A stretch of 64,000 nt of DNA from Cyanobacteria bacterium OH_CDB_20 (GCA_023415935.1 JAEZIX010000062.1:15105-79104); one strand, 5' to 3'. Positions 1 to 9,265 are shown, counted from the stretch's first letter. Notes: generated by a model not told the origin, from the letters alone. Made by a program: numbers and translations.

Positions 1-550
1 GGTTATGGACACGCTTGATTTACCTTTGGTTCAAGATTATGCGGACGTAATCCAAATCGGCGCAAGAAATATGCAAAATTTTAAACTCTTAAAAGCTGCT
101 GGAAAATGCAGAAAGCCTATACTACTCAAAAGAGGCGGAGCAAATACGATAAGAGAATTTTTACTTGCAGCAGAACACATATTGAGCAATGGTAATGATA
201 AGGTAATACTTTGTGAACGCGGAATAAAAGGTGTCGACAACAGCTATACCAGAAACACTATGGATATAGCTTCAATTCCTGTTATTAAAAAGTATTCGCA
301 CCTTCCTATTATTATTGACCCTAGCCACGGAACAGGAAGAAGATACCTTGTTGAACCGATGGCAAAAGCGGGTCTGATTGTTGGAGCACATGGGATAATG
401 ATGGAAGTTCACCATGACCCTGATAATGCCTCTTCCGATGGAGCTCAAAGCTTATCAATCGAGCAATTCAAAGAAACTGCTAAAAGACTTAATAAGTTAA
501 TAGGCAGAATAGATTATGATAATAAAGAATTAGCTGCTTCAACAAAGTAG
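1..550 (+). CDS. aroF: 3-deoxy-7-phosphoheptulonate (DAHP) synthase, type I-beta, C-terminal part (5' end outside window)
   Basis: Frame is open to the window edge. Motifs IQIGARNMQNF, LLKRG, ILCERGI and IIDPSHG match AroF/KdsA-type I-beta DAHP synthases. Confidence 0.8.
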   Translation, partial: VMDTLDLPLVQDYADVIQIGARNMQNFKLLKAAGKCRKPILLKRGGANTIREFLLAAEHILSNGNDKVILCERGIKGVDNSYTRNTMDIASIPVIKKYSHLPIIIDPSHGTGRRYLVEPMAKAGLIVGAHGIMMEVHHDPDNASSDGAQSLSIEQFKETAKRLNKLIGRIDYDNKELAASTK

Positions 551-574
551 CTTCAAATAGAATAGAGAACGAAG

Positions 575-2869
575 TTGTATAAATTTGATTTTGAACTGGA
601 TGATTTCCAAAAAGACGCAGTATGCCATATAGACAAAGGCAAGAGTATTGTGGTTTGTGCACCAACAGGAGCGGGAAAAACCTGTATTGCAGAACACGCA
701 ATACATAGAGCGCTTGAAGAAGGTACAAGAATTTTCTATACAACACCTTTAAAAGCATTATCAAATCAAAAATTCAGAGATTTTTCGAATAAATACGGCG
801 AAGAAAATGTCGGACTTTTAACAGGTGATACTTCAATAAGACGTGATGCACAGATTGTTGTTATGACAACTGAAGTCTTTAGAAACATGCTTTACGGTAC
901 AAACTTTGGTTCAGTTGCTGACAATTTAAAAAACGTAAAATACGTCGTTTTAGACGAAGTTCATTATATGAATGATGAAGAACGCGGAACTGTTTGGGAG
1001 GAAAGTATCATATACTGTCAACCTAATATCCAGCTTATAGCACTCTCTGCAACAGTCGCAAACTCACAAGAGCTATGTGACTGGATAAATACAGTTCACT
1101 CTTCAACTGAGCTTGTTTATACAGACTTTAGACCAGTGCCTTTAAGATTTTACTATTACGATTCTTCAAAACCATTTGATATTTTGCCTCTTTTAACTCC
1201 AGATGGTCAGTTAAACAGTAAAATAAAACCTGAAAAAAGACAAAAAGGTTTCAGGAAGAATATACCGCAAAAATCAACTGCGAAAGAGCTTATAAGCATT
1301 TTGCACAAGAAAAAAATGCTTCCTGCTATATATTTCACTTTTTCAAGAAAAAAATGTGACGAGCAAATGGAAAAATGCTCTGACCTTTGCCTTGTTTCTC
1401 CTGATGAAGCAAGGGAAATAAAAACAATCATCCATGAATATTTAAGAGAAAATCCATACTTAGAAAACAACAAACATTTAGAATATTTATATTGTGGTGT
1501 TGCTTCCCATCACGCAGGGCTTTTACCTGGGTGGAAAGTGTTAGTTGAAAAACTATTCCAAAAAGGGCTTATAAAAGTCGTATTTTCAACTGAAACTCTA
1601 GCTGCAGGTATAAACATGCCTGCAAGAACAACAATAATATCAGCAGTAAGCAAAAGAACAGACTCAGGTCATAGAATGCTAACTTCCAATGAATTTCTGC
1701 AAATGTCAGGAAGAGCAGGAAGAAGAGGCATGGACGAAGTCGGGTATGTTGTTGTAGTGGGAACGCCTTTCCAATCACCTGAAGAGGTTGCAGAACTTGT
1801 TACAAGCGGTGCAAATCCTTTAGAAAGCAGATTTACTCCTAGTTATTCTATGGTTTTAAATCTTCTTCAAAACTTTTCGCTTGAAGAGACAAAAGAACTT
1901 ATCTTAAAAAGTTTCGGCTACTTTTCTTCAAATGATAGGCTTAAACCCCTAATGCAGCAAGAAGCTCAATTTACAGGTGTAATAGACAAATTGAAAGCGG
2001 AAAAATGTCCGCATAATCTTACAACCCAGGATTTACTTGAATACAATAAAACAAAAGAAAAATTCCTTGTATATAAAAAACTTACTAAAACACTCATAAA
2101 ACAGGCAAAAGGTAAGGGAATAAAAAATTCACCTGAAGTTGAAGAGTATAATCAAAAAACAAAAGAATTACTGCACAAAATGAAAAGCTATGAATGTGAT
2201 ATTTGCCGTGGTTACAAAAAACACATGAAAGATATCGAAATCATTGAGCGCTATGAAAAACGTTATAAAGATTTAGCAAAAACAATTGAAAATGCAAAAG
2301 ATATCTATTGGAAAAACTTCCTTGCTCATAAAACTGTACTTGAAAAAGCAGGGTATTTAGAAGGTGATTTCCCTACTGATAAAGGCCACACTTGTTCAGC
2401 TATAAGAGCAGAGAACGAACTCTACTTATCAGAAGTTATATTAAAGGGTTACCTAGACGACCTTAACCCGTCTGAACTTTCAGCTGTTATTTGCGCGCTT
2501 ACAACAGAAGATTTAAGATTCGATGTAAGAGCTGAAGTTCCACTAAGCACAACTGTAAGAAAAACTTTGAACAAAATCCGTGATTTGAGAAAAAGAATTG
2601 CAAACTGGCAAAGAGATGAAGATATTAAAACAGAGATGTTTATAAATTCATACTATTCTCCGCTTATCGAAATGTGGTGCAATGGGTCTGACTGGGAATA
2701 TATAGCTAATCAGGTTGAACAATCTGAAGGCGATATTGTAAGAACATTCAAAAGAACTATAGATGTCTTAAGACAGCTTACTGTCGTACCTAATGTTTCA
2801 GACAAATTAAAAGAAACAGCTCGCAATGCTATTAAACTAATCCAAAGAGAGCCTATTGATATAGACTAG
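575..2869 (+). CDS. Ski2/HelY-like DEAD/DEAH-box RNA helicase (superfamily 2)
   Basis: TTG start. Helicase motifs I APTGAGKT, II DEVH, III SAT and VI QMSGRAGRRG are present, with a long C-terminal Ski2-type extension. Confidence 0.8.
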   Translation: MYKFDFELDDFQKDAVCHIDKGKSIVVCAPTGAGKTCIAEHAIHRALEEGTRIFYTTPLKALSNQKFRDFSNKYGEENVGLLTGDTSIRRDAQIVVMTTEVFRNMLYGTNFGSVADNLKNVKYVVLDEVHYMNDEERGTVWEESIIYCQPNIQLIALSATVANSQELCDWINTVHSSTELVYTDFRPVPLRFYYYDSSKPFDILPLLTPDGQLNSKIKPEKRQKGFRKNIPQKSTAKELISILHKKKMLPAIYFTFSRKKCDEQMEKCSDLCLVSPDEAREIKTIIHEYLRENPYLENNKHLEYLYCGVASHHAGLLPGWKVLVEKLFQKGLIKVVFSTETLAAGINMPARTTIISAVSKRTDSGHRMLTSNEFLQMSGRAGRRGMDEVGYVVVVGTPFQSPEEVAELVTSGANPLESRFTPSYSMVLNLLQNFSLEETKELILKSFGYFSSNDRLKPLMQQEAQFTGVIDKLKAEKCPHNLTTQDLLEYNKTKEKFLVYKKLTKTLIKQAKGKGIKNSPEVEEYNQKTKELLHKMKSYECDICRGYKKHMKDIEIIERYEKRYKDLAKTIENAKDIYWKNFLAHKTVLEKAGYLEGDFPTDKGHTCSAIRAENELYLSEVILKGYLDDLNPSELSAVICALTTEDLRFDVRAEVPLSTTVRKTLNKIRDLRKRIANWQRDEDIKTEMFINSYYSPLIEMWCNGSDWEYIANQVEQSEGDIVRTFKRTIDVLRQLTVVPNVSDKLKETARNAIKLIQREPIDID

Positions 2870-4671
2870 TTTTTCTTTGCAAAAGCAGAAAAAGCAGGAG
2901 GTAAAGGACTCTCATCAAGTCTTAACCTATTCTTTTGCTCTTCGTTGTAATCAACAAACTTTCTATAATCAGAATGATCCTCTACAACAAGCATGCCTGC
3001 AACTTTAAGCGCTTTCTTTTGTTTGCCTGTCATGATGTATTCAGCAGCTGCAGCTGGGATAAAGCCAATTAAAGCACCCAAGGCCTTGAATAATGTTGGA
3101 TACTTACCCTTTGCAACTATATTTGAAGCAGATTTCCCAAGCACAGCTCCAAGAGCAGTACACCCAAGTTCAAGTGGGTTTACTAATATTTCAGTCAGAG
3201 TTTCTAAACTTTCAGAGAACTTCTGATTGTTATTTGCAACTTTATTTATTGTCATATAAGTATTTCTTTGAAGATCTTTAGCCTCTTGAATTTGTTCATT
3301 AGAAAGATTTAGGTTCTTCTTAAGTCTCATCTTTTCCTTGTCAGCCGTGAATTGCTGCTTTTTATACTTTTTATATTCTTTTATATCTTTAAAAATTGAA
3401 AGTAAAAAGGCAACAAGATTCTGCTTTTTAGGCTCTTCTTTAGATTTTACAGTGTTATCAGGAACCTTATCAAGTTCGTTTTGATTATAATAGTTAAAGT
3501 TTTCACTGTTGTTAACAAACTCTTTTAAATGCTTGTATCTGATAGCTTTAAGAGCATCATTTTGCAGGGTTGCTAATCCTTTATTGATAAGCATATAACA
3601 GGTAAAAGGCACTCCCAAGTTTAGCGCAAGTTTAATCACTGGGTTTTTAACTTTTAATGCTTCAACGACTTTATCAGTCATCAAATACTCAAGAAAACCG
3701 CCCATAAACAAAGAGCCATATCCAACATTTACAATCTTATCTATTCGTTCAACTTCAGGCATGGTATTTATATCAGCCACTTTAACAATATCGTTTAAAA
3801 GAGTCTTATCTGAACACGCAAGATTTTTTTGCGCATCAGTTAACTGAATTTTATCAAATAATAGCTCATTACTTTTTAATTCTTTATCATATAAAGTTCT
3901 ACTTGCTTCATACTCCAAGTTGCTTTTATTTAAATCTTTAACTGTTCTTAGCATTTTGGGAATATTAATAGCATCAGTTGCCGAATGAACTGATTCAGAA
4001 GCTGATTTAAAAAACGCTTTTAATTTATTAGCATGCTTTTTATTATTTTTTTGAAGTTTATACTCATCATCAACTTGCTTTTCTTGCTCAGGAGTAAGCA
4101 CCGCAAAACCTCTAGGATCAGAGAGTTCATTATGCATAACGTCAAATTTTGCGCGTCTTGTTGCCCCAAGTTGACCTTTTACAAACTTTGTAACAAAAGG
4201 AACATAAAGAGCTGCAGCAATTGGAACAAGTGTGTATTTTAGAGCTTTTGGAAGCGGAATATTCTTATTAAAAAGTTTTATTGTTTTATCTTGATAGGCT
4301 TTAAGGGATTTAACTGCTTTTTGAGCAAAATTGCCATCTTTAGCTTTTTTCTCAAGTATAGGAATCAAGTTTTTAACAGATTCAGGAATAAATGTCATGG
4401 CTGTAACAGCACCAAGAAGTTCAACCTCAAGCGTTTGGAAAACTGCCTCGATGTCTTCAGCTTTTGTTTGTGCATAATCGTCTAATATAAGGGTGGAATC
4501 GGCAATAATTTTTGCCTTTTTCTTAGCTAATTCTGAATCATAGGAACAAGCAACATTACCGGATGATTTTAAAGCACAACGCTTTGCTAGTTCTAAATCC
4601 TGTTTTTCTTTCCAGTCTTTGTACCTGCCTATATGATTTTTGTAAGAGTTATAAGTAGCTAATATTTCCAT
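2866..4671 (-). CDS. hypothetical protein, 601 aa, K/N-rich with several hydrophobic segments
   Basis: Long uninterrupted ORF. Hydrophobic stretches include LVPIAAALYVPFV and GALIGFIPAAAAEYI. I recognise no family. Confidence 0.5.
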   Translation of the reverse strand: MEILATYNSYKNHIGRYKDWKEKQDLELAKRCALKSSGNVACSYDSELAKKKAKIIADSTLILDDYAQTKAEDIEAVFQTLEVELLGAVTAMTFIPESVKNLIPILEKKAKDGNFAQKAVKSLKAYQDKTIKLFNKNIPLPKALKYTLVPIAAALYVPFVTKFVKGQLGATRRAKFDVMHNELSDPRGFAVLTPEQEKQVDDEYKLQKNNKKHANKLKAFFKSASESVHSATDAINIPKMLRTVKDLNKSNLEYEASRTLYDKELKSNELLFDKIQLTDAQKNLACSDKTLLNDIVKVADINTMPEVERIDKIVNVGYGSLFMGGFLEYLMTDKVVEALKVKNPVIKLALNLGVPFTCYMLINKGLATLQNDALKAIRYKHLKEFVNNSENFNYYNQNELDKVPDNTVKSKEEPKKQNLVAFLLSIFKDIKEYKKYKKQQFTADKEKMRLKKNLNLSNEQIQEAKDLQRNTYMTINKVANNNQKFSESLETLTEILVNPLELGCTALGAVLGKSASNIVAKGKYPTLFKALGALIGFIPAAAAEYIMTGKQKKALKVAGMLVVEDHSDYRKFVDYNEEQKNRLRLDESPLPPAFSAFAKKN

Positions 4672-4871
4672 TTACGCATAAATTGCCTTTACGATTATCT
4701 AATACAAATTTTTTCATTTATATATTTTAAATTGAAAGTTATATTTTTTTGATAATTAATATAATTAAATTTAACTTTATTTACAATACTAGAAAATAGA
4801 AACTTTTAATAGCATTTTTTTTAACGTATTATAAGAACAACAAGTATGAAACATGAAAACAGGAAAAAGTA

Positions 4872-5876
4872 ATGTCATTAAATGTATATTTAGGAATAGA
4901 TGTCGGATCTGTAACAACAAAAATTGCACTGGTTGATGAAAAAGGAAAATTTGTTGACAGCTATATGATAAGGACTGCAGGAAAACCTGTCATAGCAGTT
5001 CAAACAGGTGTTAGAGAGATTCATAAAAAAGCACTTTGTGAATATAACATTATGGGCGTAGGAACAACAGGAAGCGGAAGAAACCTAGCAGGAGCATTAG
5101 TTGGTGCTGATACTATTAAAAATGAAATTACAGCCCATGCCGTAGCTGCAAGTACTTATGTACCTGGAGTTCAAACAATATTAGAAATCGGCGGACAAGA
5201 CAGTAAAATAATTATACTTCGTGACGGAATCGTTACTGATTTTGCAATGAATACAGTATGTGCAGCTGGTACTGGTAGCTTTTTAGACCAGCAAGCATCA
5301 AGACTTAATGTTCCTATACAAGAATTCGGAGATGTCGCTCTAAAATCAACATCACCAGCTAGAATTGCCGGAAGATGCGGCGTTTTCGCTGAAAGCGACC
5401 TTATCCACAAACAACAACTTGGCTACCCTGTAGAAGACCTATTATACGGGCTTTGTCAGGCACTTGTAAGAAACTATCTAAGCAACCTTGCACTTGGTAA
5501 AGAAATACTACCAACTGTTACTTTCCAAGGCGGAGTAGCAACAAATAAAGGCATGGTGAAAGCATTTGAAGAAGCATTAAATACTAAAGTTATAGTCCCA
5601 AATAATCATCAAGATATGGGAGCAATCGGTGCTGCTCTTCTTGCAATGGAAAATCACCAGTATAACGAAGTTCCAACAAAGTTCAAAGGCTGGGAAATCG
5701 GAGAAATGAACTTTAATTCATTTACAAATCAATGCACCGGCTGCGCTAACAATTGTGAAATTATCACAATTATTGAAGGAGAAGTAACTTCCACCGAACT
5801 AAAAACCGCAAAAGAAAATAAAGACAACATCATCGCTCGTTGGGGCGGAACATGTGGAAGATGGGATATTTCATAA
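4872..5876 (+). CDS. BadF/BadG/BcrA/BcrD-type ATPase (CoA-substrate-specific enzyme activase / HgdC-like)
   Basis: N-terminal LGIDVGSVTTK actin-fold phosphate loop, with TVCAAGTGSFLD and GRCGVFAESD cluster-ligand regions typical of dehydratase activators. RBS aggaaaaag lies upstream. Confidence 0.7.
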   Translation: MSLNVYLGIDVGSVTTKIALVDEKGKFVDSYMIRTAGKPVIAVQTGVREIHKKALCEYNIMGVGTTGSGRNLAGALVGADTIKNEITAHAVAASTYVPGVQTILEIGGQDSKIIILRDGIVTDFAMNTVCAAGTGSFLDQQASRLNVPIQEFGDVALKSTSPARIAGRCGVFAESDLIHKQQLGYPVEDLLYGLCQALVRNYLSNLALGKEILPTVTFQGGVATNKGMVKAFEEALNTKVIVPNNHQDMGAIGAALLAMENHQYNEVPTKFKGWEIGEMNFNSFTNQCTGCANNCEIITIIEGEVTSTELKTAKENKDNIIARWGGTCGRWDIS

Positions 5877-5904
5877 TATTATTACATGTATATTAATATA
5901 TAAG

Positions 5905-5936
5905 AAAAAAGTCAGCTTTGATAGCTGACTTTTCTT
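5905..5936. terminator. bidirectional rho-independent terminator between convergent genes
   Basis: Stem GTCAGCT (5911-5917) pairs with AGCTGAC (5923-5929). An A-run lies 5' and a T-run 3'. Confidence 0.7.
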
Positions 5937-6650
5937 TTATATAAAAAATGGCATAAATATTTTGTAATAAATATATAATGCTGCAAGTACAAACAAAAAT
6001 CCGCTGAATTTTAACAAAAACTCAGACAAATTTGACATGCTTTTTAAATTCTTTAGGACGGAAGTGAAAAGTCCGCAAATAATAACTATCAATGACTGAC
6101 CAAGTGCAAAAGCAAATAATAACAAAGCAGCAAATAATATATTTGCAGATATAGAAGCCATAGCTAAAACAGTGGCAAGTATAGGTGATGCACACGGTGA
6201 AGCTGCAATACCAAATACAATACCCATTAAAGCAGGATAAACAAAAAGACTTGTTGAATCACCTTGCGGGAATTTTTTGATAATTGTCGGAAAATTAATT
6301 TCTATAACGCCAAGCAAATGCAACCCCGAAATCATGATGATTGAAGCCAAAAGAAGAATCCAAATTGGCGAAGCAACACCTGCAAAAGCTTTTCCCGTTA
6401 GCGCACAGATTATGCCAACAATAGTTAATAATAAAGCGACCCCGACAGAAAAAGATAAAAGCTGAACAAAAAGCCTAAAATTCTTTTCATGCGAATAGCC
6501 ACCAACATAGCCAATTATAATAGGCAATATGCCAAGGCTACATGGTGAAAGCGACGCAATGACGCCTCCGATAAAGGAAACCAATATAATCAGTATCGGC
6601 ATGTTAGAAGACTGAATATATTGTGTTATAAGAGAAATGTAATGTTCCAT
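5937..6650 (-). CDS. ccdA: cytochrome c biogenesis / thiol-disulfide electron transporter CcdA (DsbD-family membrane protein)
   Basis: Six or more TM helices. The two conserved Cys-containing helices (SPCSLGILP, ASPCASPIL) are present. Confidence 0.8.
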   Translation of the reverse strand: MEHYISLITQYIQSSNMPILIILVSFIGGVIASLSPCSLGILPIIIGYVGGYSHEKNFRLFVQLLSFSVGVALLLTIVGIICALTGKAFAGVASPIWILLLASIIMISGLHLLGVIEINFPTIIKKFPQGDSTSLFVYPALMGIVFGIAASPCASPILATVLAMASISANILFAALLLFAFALGQSLIVIICGLFTSVLKNLKSMSNLSEFLLKFSGFLFVLAALYIYYKIFMPFFI

Positions 6651-7063
6651 TAATAAAGCCTCTTAATATCAGTAACAAATGCATCCTTACTTTCTGACCC
6701 AACTTGCTTTTTAACTACATTACCGTCTTTATCAAGAAAAATTAACGTTGGTACTAGCGTAACCTGATATTTTTTCATTAAAGAAGTTATTTCCTGAGAA
6801 CTGCTTTGCGCGTCATATCTAACAAAATCAACATTGTTATTGTATTGAGGCTCAACTTCTGATATAACTTTTTTCATTTTCATACAGTCTGAGCACATTG
6901 CTGTTGAAAAGATTATGACACGAGGTTTATTTCCAGCTTGAGCAACCTCAATAATATTATGATTTCTATTATTATCAAGCAAAATATATGCTAGAACCGG
7001 CAAAACTAAAATCATAACAATTGTAATAATATTCTTCATAAAACCTCCTGCATAAGATAACAA
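6650..7063 (-). CDS. membrane-anchored thioredoxin-fold protein (TlpA/ResA-like)
   Basis: N-terminal TM anchor, CxxC motif (MCSDC) and a Trx-fold C-terminus (VTLVPTLIFLDKDG). Its stop overlaps the ccdA start by 1 nt. Confidence 0.7.
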   Translation of the reverse strand: MLSYAGGFMKNIITIVMILVLPVLAYILLDNNRNHNIIEVAQAGNKPRVIIFSTAMCSDCMKMKKVISEVEPQYNNNVDFVRYDAQSSSQEITSLMKKYQVTLVPTLIFLDKDGNVVKKQVGSESKDAFVTDIKRLY

Positions 7064-7127
7064 ATATTATATTAATAATACCATGTCGGGAAGTAAATTA
7101 GATATTAATACAATCTTTTGGACTAGT

Positions 7128-7298
7128 CTATATATCCTCCGGAATACATAAATTCATCTTTTGAAGCACATCTCTTAACTCATCGTAAGAAAGCTGTTTT
7201 TGCACAGTATTCTGGTATTCTCTGACAATATTTATTACATCATCAGCAGACATTTCAATTAATCTTCTTCCTCTTAAATTTTCAATAATTCTTGCCAT
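7128..7298 (-). CDS. small hypothetical protein (56 aa from MARIIENL...)
   Basis: GGAGGG Shine-Dalgarno 4 nt before the ATG at 7298. The track ORF extends to 7331, but the internal ATG has the RBS. Confidence 0.45.
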   Translation of the reverse strand: MARIIENLRGRRLIEMSADDVINIVREYQNTVQKQLSYDELRDVLQKMNLCIPEDI

Positions 7299-7318
7299 AT
7301 GCCCTCCATATAAGAACA

Positions 7319-7346
7319 TTATCGGACACAAAACCTTAAAACCTTA
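7319..7346 (-). promoter_or_regulatory. candidate sigma-28 (FliA/SigD)-type promoter
   Basis: The minus strand reads TAAGGTTT-N12-TCCGATAA, against the enteric consensus TAAAGTTT-N11-GCCGATAA. It lies about 20 nt upstream of the ATG at 7298. Confidence 0.3.
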
Positions 7347-7545
7347 GAAAGATAATGGATATGGTGTATAAGGATGGTTTATAATTATAATTACAAAAAG
7401 AAATCAAACTTATAAAGCAAAAAAAATAAATTTACAATAAGCCTATTAGTAAATATTTCTATTCCATTGTCTAATTTATTATAAAGAATTATAAGACTAA
7501 AATTAATTAAACAAAACTAGACAGTCAAGAAGGGGAAATAACGCA

Positions 7546-8406
7546 ATGGAAAATTCTATACTCACTGCGCCATGTGTGGAATTGAAGGATTTTAATACTT
7601 TATTTATCGAACTTACAGCAAAAAATTGTAACCTAAAATGCAAGCATTGTTATATCGATTTTACTGAAAATAAGAAAATTAAGGATTTCATCCAAATTGA
7701 TAAAATTAAACAAGCACTAATAGCGCTTAAAAATGAAAATATTGAATATATCCACCTTTCTGGTGCTGAACCAATGCTGCATCCTGACTTCAACTCAATC
7801 TTAAGGCTTTGTCTAAAACGTGCATCAGTTATAATTCACACGAATGGAATGAGCATAAACGACAAAAAAGCAAGATTCTTGAAAAAAGTTGAAGAAGAAA
7901 ATACTCTCGGGCATGAAATTATTTTTAAGATAGGGATAAACCATTATGACGAGAAACAAAATGATGAGCTAAGAGGAAGAGGCTCTTACAGAAAAAGCAT
8001 TCACGCAACACAAAGTCTTGTTAAATATGGCTTTAATCCTATACTATCGATTGTAAATTATTGGCAGCTTCCAATAACAGAGCTTCAAGAAGAATTCAGA
8101 AACGTTTGCAAAAAGTTTAGTTTCGAAACAGAAAATATGAATTTTGACATAATTCCTTATATTAACAAGAATGAATATACGAGATATCCCGACAAAAATG
8201 TCGAAGATCTGACGAACATAGACTGCGCTAAAAGTAGAACTCTCACTAATAAAGGAGTCTTTAACTGTATGATGCTGACCGGAGACAATAGGGGGCACTG
8301 CGGCAGCTCATTTGATGATTTTTCCAAGAAAAATTATCTAGAAACTGAAATATGTAGCCAATGTATCAAGCATCAAAAGGGAATGTTCACCCTAAAGTTT
8401 ACATAA
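7546..8406 (+). CDS. radical SAM protein with Cys-rich C-terminal (SPASM/twitch-like) region
   Basis: CNLKCKHCY is a CX3CX2C motif near the N-terminus, with GAEPML present. The C-terminal Cys pattern is C-x14-C-x11-C ... CSQC. Confidence 0.75.
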   Translation: MENSILTAPCVELKDFNTLFIELTAKNCNLKCKHCYIDFTENKKIKDFIQIDKIKQALIALKNENIEYIHLSGAEPMLHPDFNSILRLCLKRASVIIHTNGMSINDKKARFLKKVEEENTLGHEIIFKIGINHYDEKQNDELRGRGSYRKSIHATQSLVKYGFNPILSIVNYWQLPITELQEEFRNVCKKFSFETENMNFDIIPYINKNEYTRYPDKNVEDLTNIDCAKSRTLTNKGVFNCMMLTGDNRGHCGSSFDDFSKKNYLETEICSQCIKHQKGMFTLKFT

Positions 8407-8675
8407 ATCAGGTAATTATTAACTTTTGTAAAGCTCAGTTTTCCAAAAATATTATTTAAAATTGATAAATAATAGAAATAATTTATATATATCAAGTCAA
8501 TAAACAATAAATACAAACCACACTGCATATATGCCATTGAAGTATACTACATAAGCATTTTAGACCAATAAATAAAAAACAAAGAGTGAAACCTTTTACC
8601 AGGTCAATTATCTAATCTGATTTTTTTTTATAAATGTAAGGTTAGGTTATAAATTTAAAATGGTAGGAGTAGGTT

Positions 8676-9209
8676 ATGTATTCTATTTTTAGTACAAGAA
8701 AAATCTTGTTGACTTCACAAAAGAACTTGATGAACATGAAGTTGCTACAAATCACGCAAAAAAGAATGCAAATTATGCAGTATGGCGCAACTATTGCAGA
8801 TGGTGATGTTACAGCAGAAGAAATCTCAAAATTAAGTGGTGACAACTATCTAAGGTCACTTCAATACAGAGGCACATCATACGAACAAGCCTCAATTGAT
8901 GCAAACAATGGTGTTTCAACAACTTTACCTTTGGCATCACAAGAGCAAAGTTATCAAAATATGTCAGCAGATGAACAAATGGCATATCAACAAAATCTAT
9001 ATGGCAATAACTTCGATGCATCTTTACAAGACCAAGCAGCAGCTGAACAGAAAAAACTAGATGCAGAAGATTATCAACTTGAACTTGAACAAAAACGTTT
9101 AGAAACACAATTACAAGCGATCACAACAGAGTTGCAAACAGTGGAACAAGCAGAAACAAAAGAAATCCAAGCATCAACTCCAAAATACTCAGGAATCAGC
9201 GGCAACTAA
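8676..9209 (+). CDS. hypothetical coiled-coil, Q-rich protein; paralogue of 62285..62614
   Basis: AGGAG RBS 7 nt upstream. N- and C-terminal segments align with the 109-aa protein at 62285. A terminator follows. Confidence 0.6.
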   Translation: MYSIFSTRKILLTSQKNLMNMKLLQITQKRMQIMQYGATIADGDVTAEEISKLSGDNYLRSLQYRGTSYEQASIDANNGVSTTLPLASQEQSYQNMSADEQMAYQQNLYGNNFDASLQDQAAAEQKKLDAEDYQLELEQKRLETQLQAITTELQTVEQAETKEIQASTPKYSGISGN

Positions 9210-9232
9210 TAGAAAAACTAACTACCAAAATA

Positions 9233-9265
9233 AAAAAAACCTCTTCAATACGAAGAGGTTTTTTA
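9233..9265. terminator. bidirectional rho-independent terminator
   Basis: CCTCTTC (9240-9246) pairs with GAAGAGG (9252-9258), flanked by an A-run and a T-run, between convergent genes. Confidence 0.75.

Noticed and set aside
7331-7346. Tandem direct repeat AAACCTTA x2 considered as a mobile-element end or MITE
   Set aside because: There are only two 8-nt copies, with no inverted partner or target-site duplication. It is better explained as a duplicated -35-like element of the sigma-28-type promoter candidate.
8429-8437. The 9-mer TAAAGCTCA is shared between the upstream regions of the two coiled-coil paralogues (also at 61834..61842)
   Set aside because: Distances to the start codons (247 versus 166 nt) and to downstream GATAA-like boxes differ. 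A single shared 9-mer between two ~300-nt AT-rich spacers is close to chance expectation.
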